Origin: Chiloscyllium plagiosum
Taxonomy: Eukaryota
Assembly: GCF_004010195.1 (NCBI RefSeq)
Contig: NC_057720.1
Coordinates: forward strand, 23,908,458-23,972,457
Length of the DNA stretch: 64,000 nucleotides
Direction of reading: 5' to 3'
Shown here piece by piece: positions 62,166-64,000 of the stretch; position 1 is the first letter of the stretch; every line of letters begins with the position of its first letter. A program made the translations under genes and the position numbers. A model generated the notes under the pieces. The model was given only the letters and a program-made list of their open reading frames with translations. It did no database searches and was not told the DNA's origin.

Positions 62166-63549
62166 GCCCGCCCAGGGTATTTTGATGCAACCATCAGCTC
62201 ATGTGAATTTCAAAAAATATTTTATGGACAATGGTAAATTCATACCAATGACTTTGTAACAGTGTGTTTCATTCATTTTAGGAAAGCCAATCTTTCCTAT
62301 GTCGAAGCAAATGAAACTGCTAAATTTGATTTTTATTGATGAGTGTGAATTTCAAATGGCAAAGAAACCTACTCAGGCAAACAAGAAATAAATCCTTTTT
62401 TTGAAATTTCTTAGTGTTTTTGTGGAATTATGCTTCCAACATGTTGTCACCATCAGATGGGCACACCTAAATCATTGGGAAAATCATTTTAAAATACCTT
62501 ACACCCAAATGAATTGTAGTCACTGTTGCATTGTACGTAATTGAACAGAGATGAGCTGTAGGTATTTTTCCCCACTGTAATGATTACAAACTAAACAGAA
62601 AATATTTACAATTAATAATGTGAAAACAATTCAAAATTTCATTAAATATGACAGATTTCATTTAAAATGGTCCCATATTACATTTAACTCTGATGCTATT
62701 CCTAAATATTTTAAAGCATTTTTTTTCATATAATGCAATAACTTGGCTCATAAAGATTTACCTAACTGGTCCAGGATGATTTTATACTGGAGGAAATTAA
62801 GAAAGAGAGAAGACACAAGATCACTAAAAATAGAAACAATTGCTTTATGCTCAAAATGAAATTGTGAGAATCAAGCAGGATAGATGAAGTCAGTGTAATC
62901 TGTTTGAATTAGTGTCAATCCACCAATACTATACTAAACTCTTCTTTTCAATATTTGAAAAAGAGATCATGTAATGAAATTTCCTTGGTTGCTTTAGTGT
63001 TTTGCTAGATATGTCTGAAAATTTGCTGAATGATTCATTATAAATATATTTAAAAAGGATTTTACTTTAAGAATGTGAAGACTATTATTGACTTCTATTT
63101 TATCCTTTACCTACCTTCCACAGCCACCACAAGAACAGAATCAGTGGAGTTGAAGGAAGAGTTAAAATAGTTGAATGCCACAACATGATGCTAACTTATT
63201 ACTTTCCTGACCACCATGATACTTCAGGGCAGTATAGGGTCCGGGCAATGCACTTATCAAGTATAGGGAAGGACATGCTTAAGATTCAGAACAGCCTGAT
63301 TATTATCTCATCACTACCTCACCCATAAGTGGCAGTCCTCTGCTCTCTGTTGTAGGGCAAGAAAAATACAATGGCAGGAGCCAATTGGCCAGAAGAGACC
63401 CAGGTTAAGTTTTACAGTTTTTCTTCTCATGGGTGAGTAGGAGACTAAGTGTCCGTGCAGGCATCACAAAGAAACCTTTGACCTCCCAATCCACTGCCAT
63501 CAACTGATGATGCCTGGACTTACCCCTTCATTAATCATGATTGTACTTT

Positions 63550-63790
63550 GACTTGAATTAGCTTTAGCTCTATTGTCACATGTACTCCCAAGAGTACAGT
63601 GAAAAGTTGACAAGTCACCACTTATGGCGCCATCTTAGGTACAAAGGTACAGATTCTCGACTACAAATTCTTAGGAAAAAGAGTTAGAAAAATAAACAAA
63701 AAGTCCAGAATTATAGGCATTCAAAAATACAAAATAATAATAAATTAGAAAAATGAAGAAATAAAAAATTCAGAATGATAACATAACGAA
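63550..63790. repeat. Interspersed repeat, unclassified (possible LINE 3' end on the minus strand)
   Basis: tattgtcacatgtac...acagtgaaaag resembles the Rex1 3' end at ~40160-40192, followed by ggcgccatcttaggtacaaagg. Confidence 0.35.
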
Positions 63791-64000
63791 GAAAAAAAAT
63801 GTTTAAAAAAGGACTTTATGATAACACCTTTGTAGACTGCTACGTTGCAACCAATCTCCAGGCAAGGTTAGTTCATTATAATTCAGACTGGATATCCACG
63901 AATCATTTACCCTCAAGTAAGAAAGAAAGGACAAACTCCCTTTTTATTCAACCCCTCCTTTATCTTAGTTGGGTGCAACAAGGTAATTAACACAAGAGAT

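Overview
Repeat-rich vertebrate DNA, very likely from a shark. This is inferred from HE1/V-SINEs, Deu-domain SINEs, CR1 LINEs and Penelope-like elements; an orectolobiform (bamboo/epaulette-type) shark is a tentative guess. No intact host protein-coding gene was recognised, so the window looks intronic or intergenic. All longer ORFs are transposon remnants, antisense shadows or N-gap artefacts. Contents: decayed CR1 and Rex1/Babar LINEs, several tRNA-derived SINE families, a 717-bp solo LTR, a PIF/Harbinger transposase relic, an 866-N gap and many Penelope-like element (PLE) fragments. The most notable system is at least four PLE terminal-repeat (pLTR) families, each carrying a minimal type I hammerhead ribozyme motif (CUGANGA-A-stem II-GAAA-palindromic 4-nt stem III). 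Many occur as short non-coding, asymmetric palindromic elements with target-site duplications (TSDs), some with two divergent hammerheads. Also seen: abortive 16-110 nt PLE-end insertions, one joined to an inverted templated copy of nearby DNA; a ~400-600 bp inverted duplication; and several repeat-free blocks that may be enhancers. Family names come from sequence recognition, not database searches. Family labels A-D and SINE families 2-3 are my own. Repeat boundaries are approximate unless a TSD is given.
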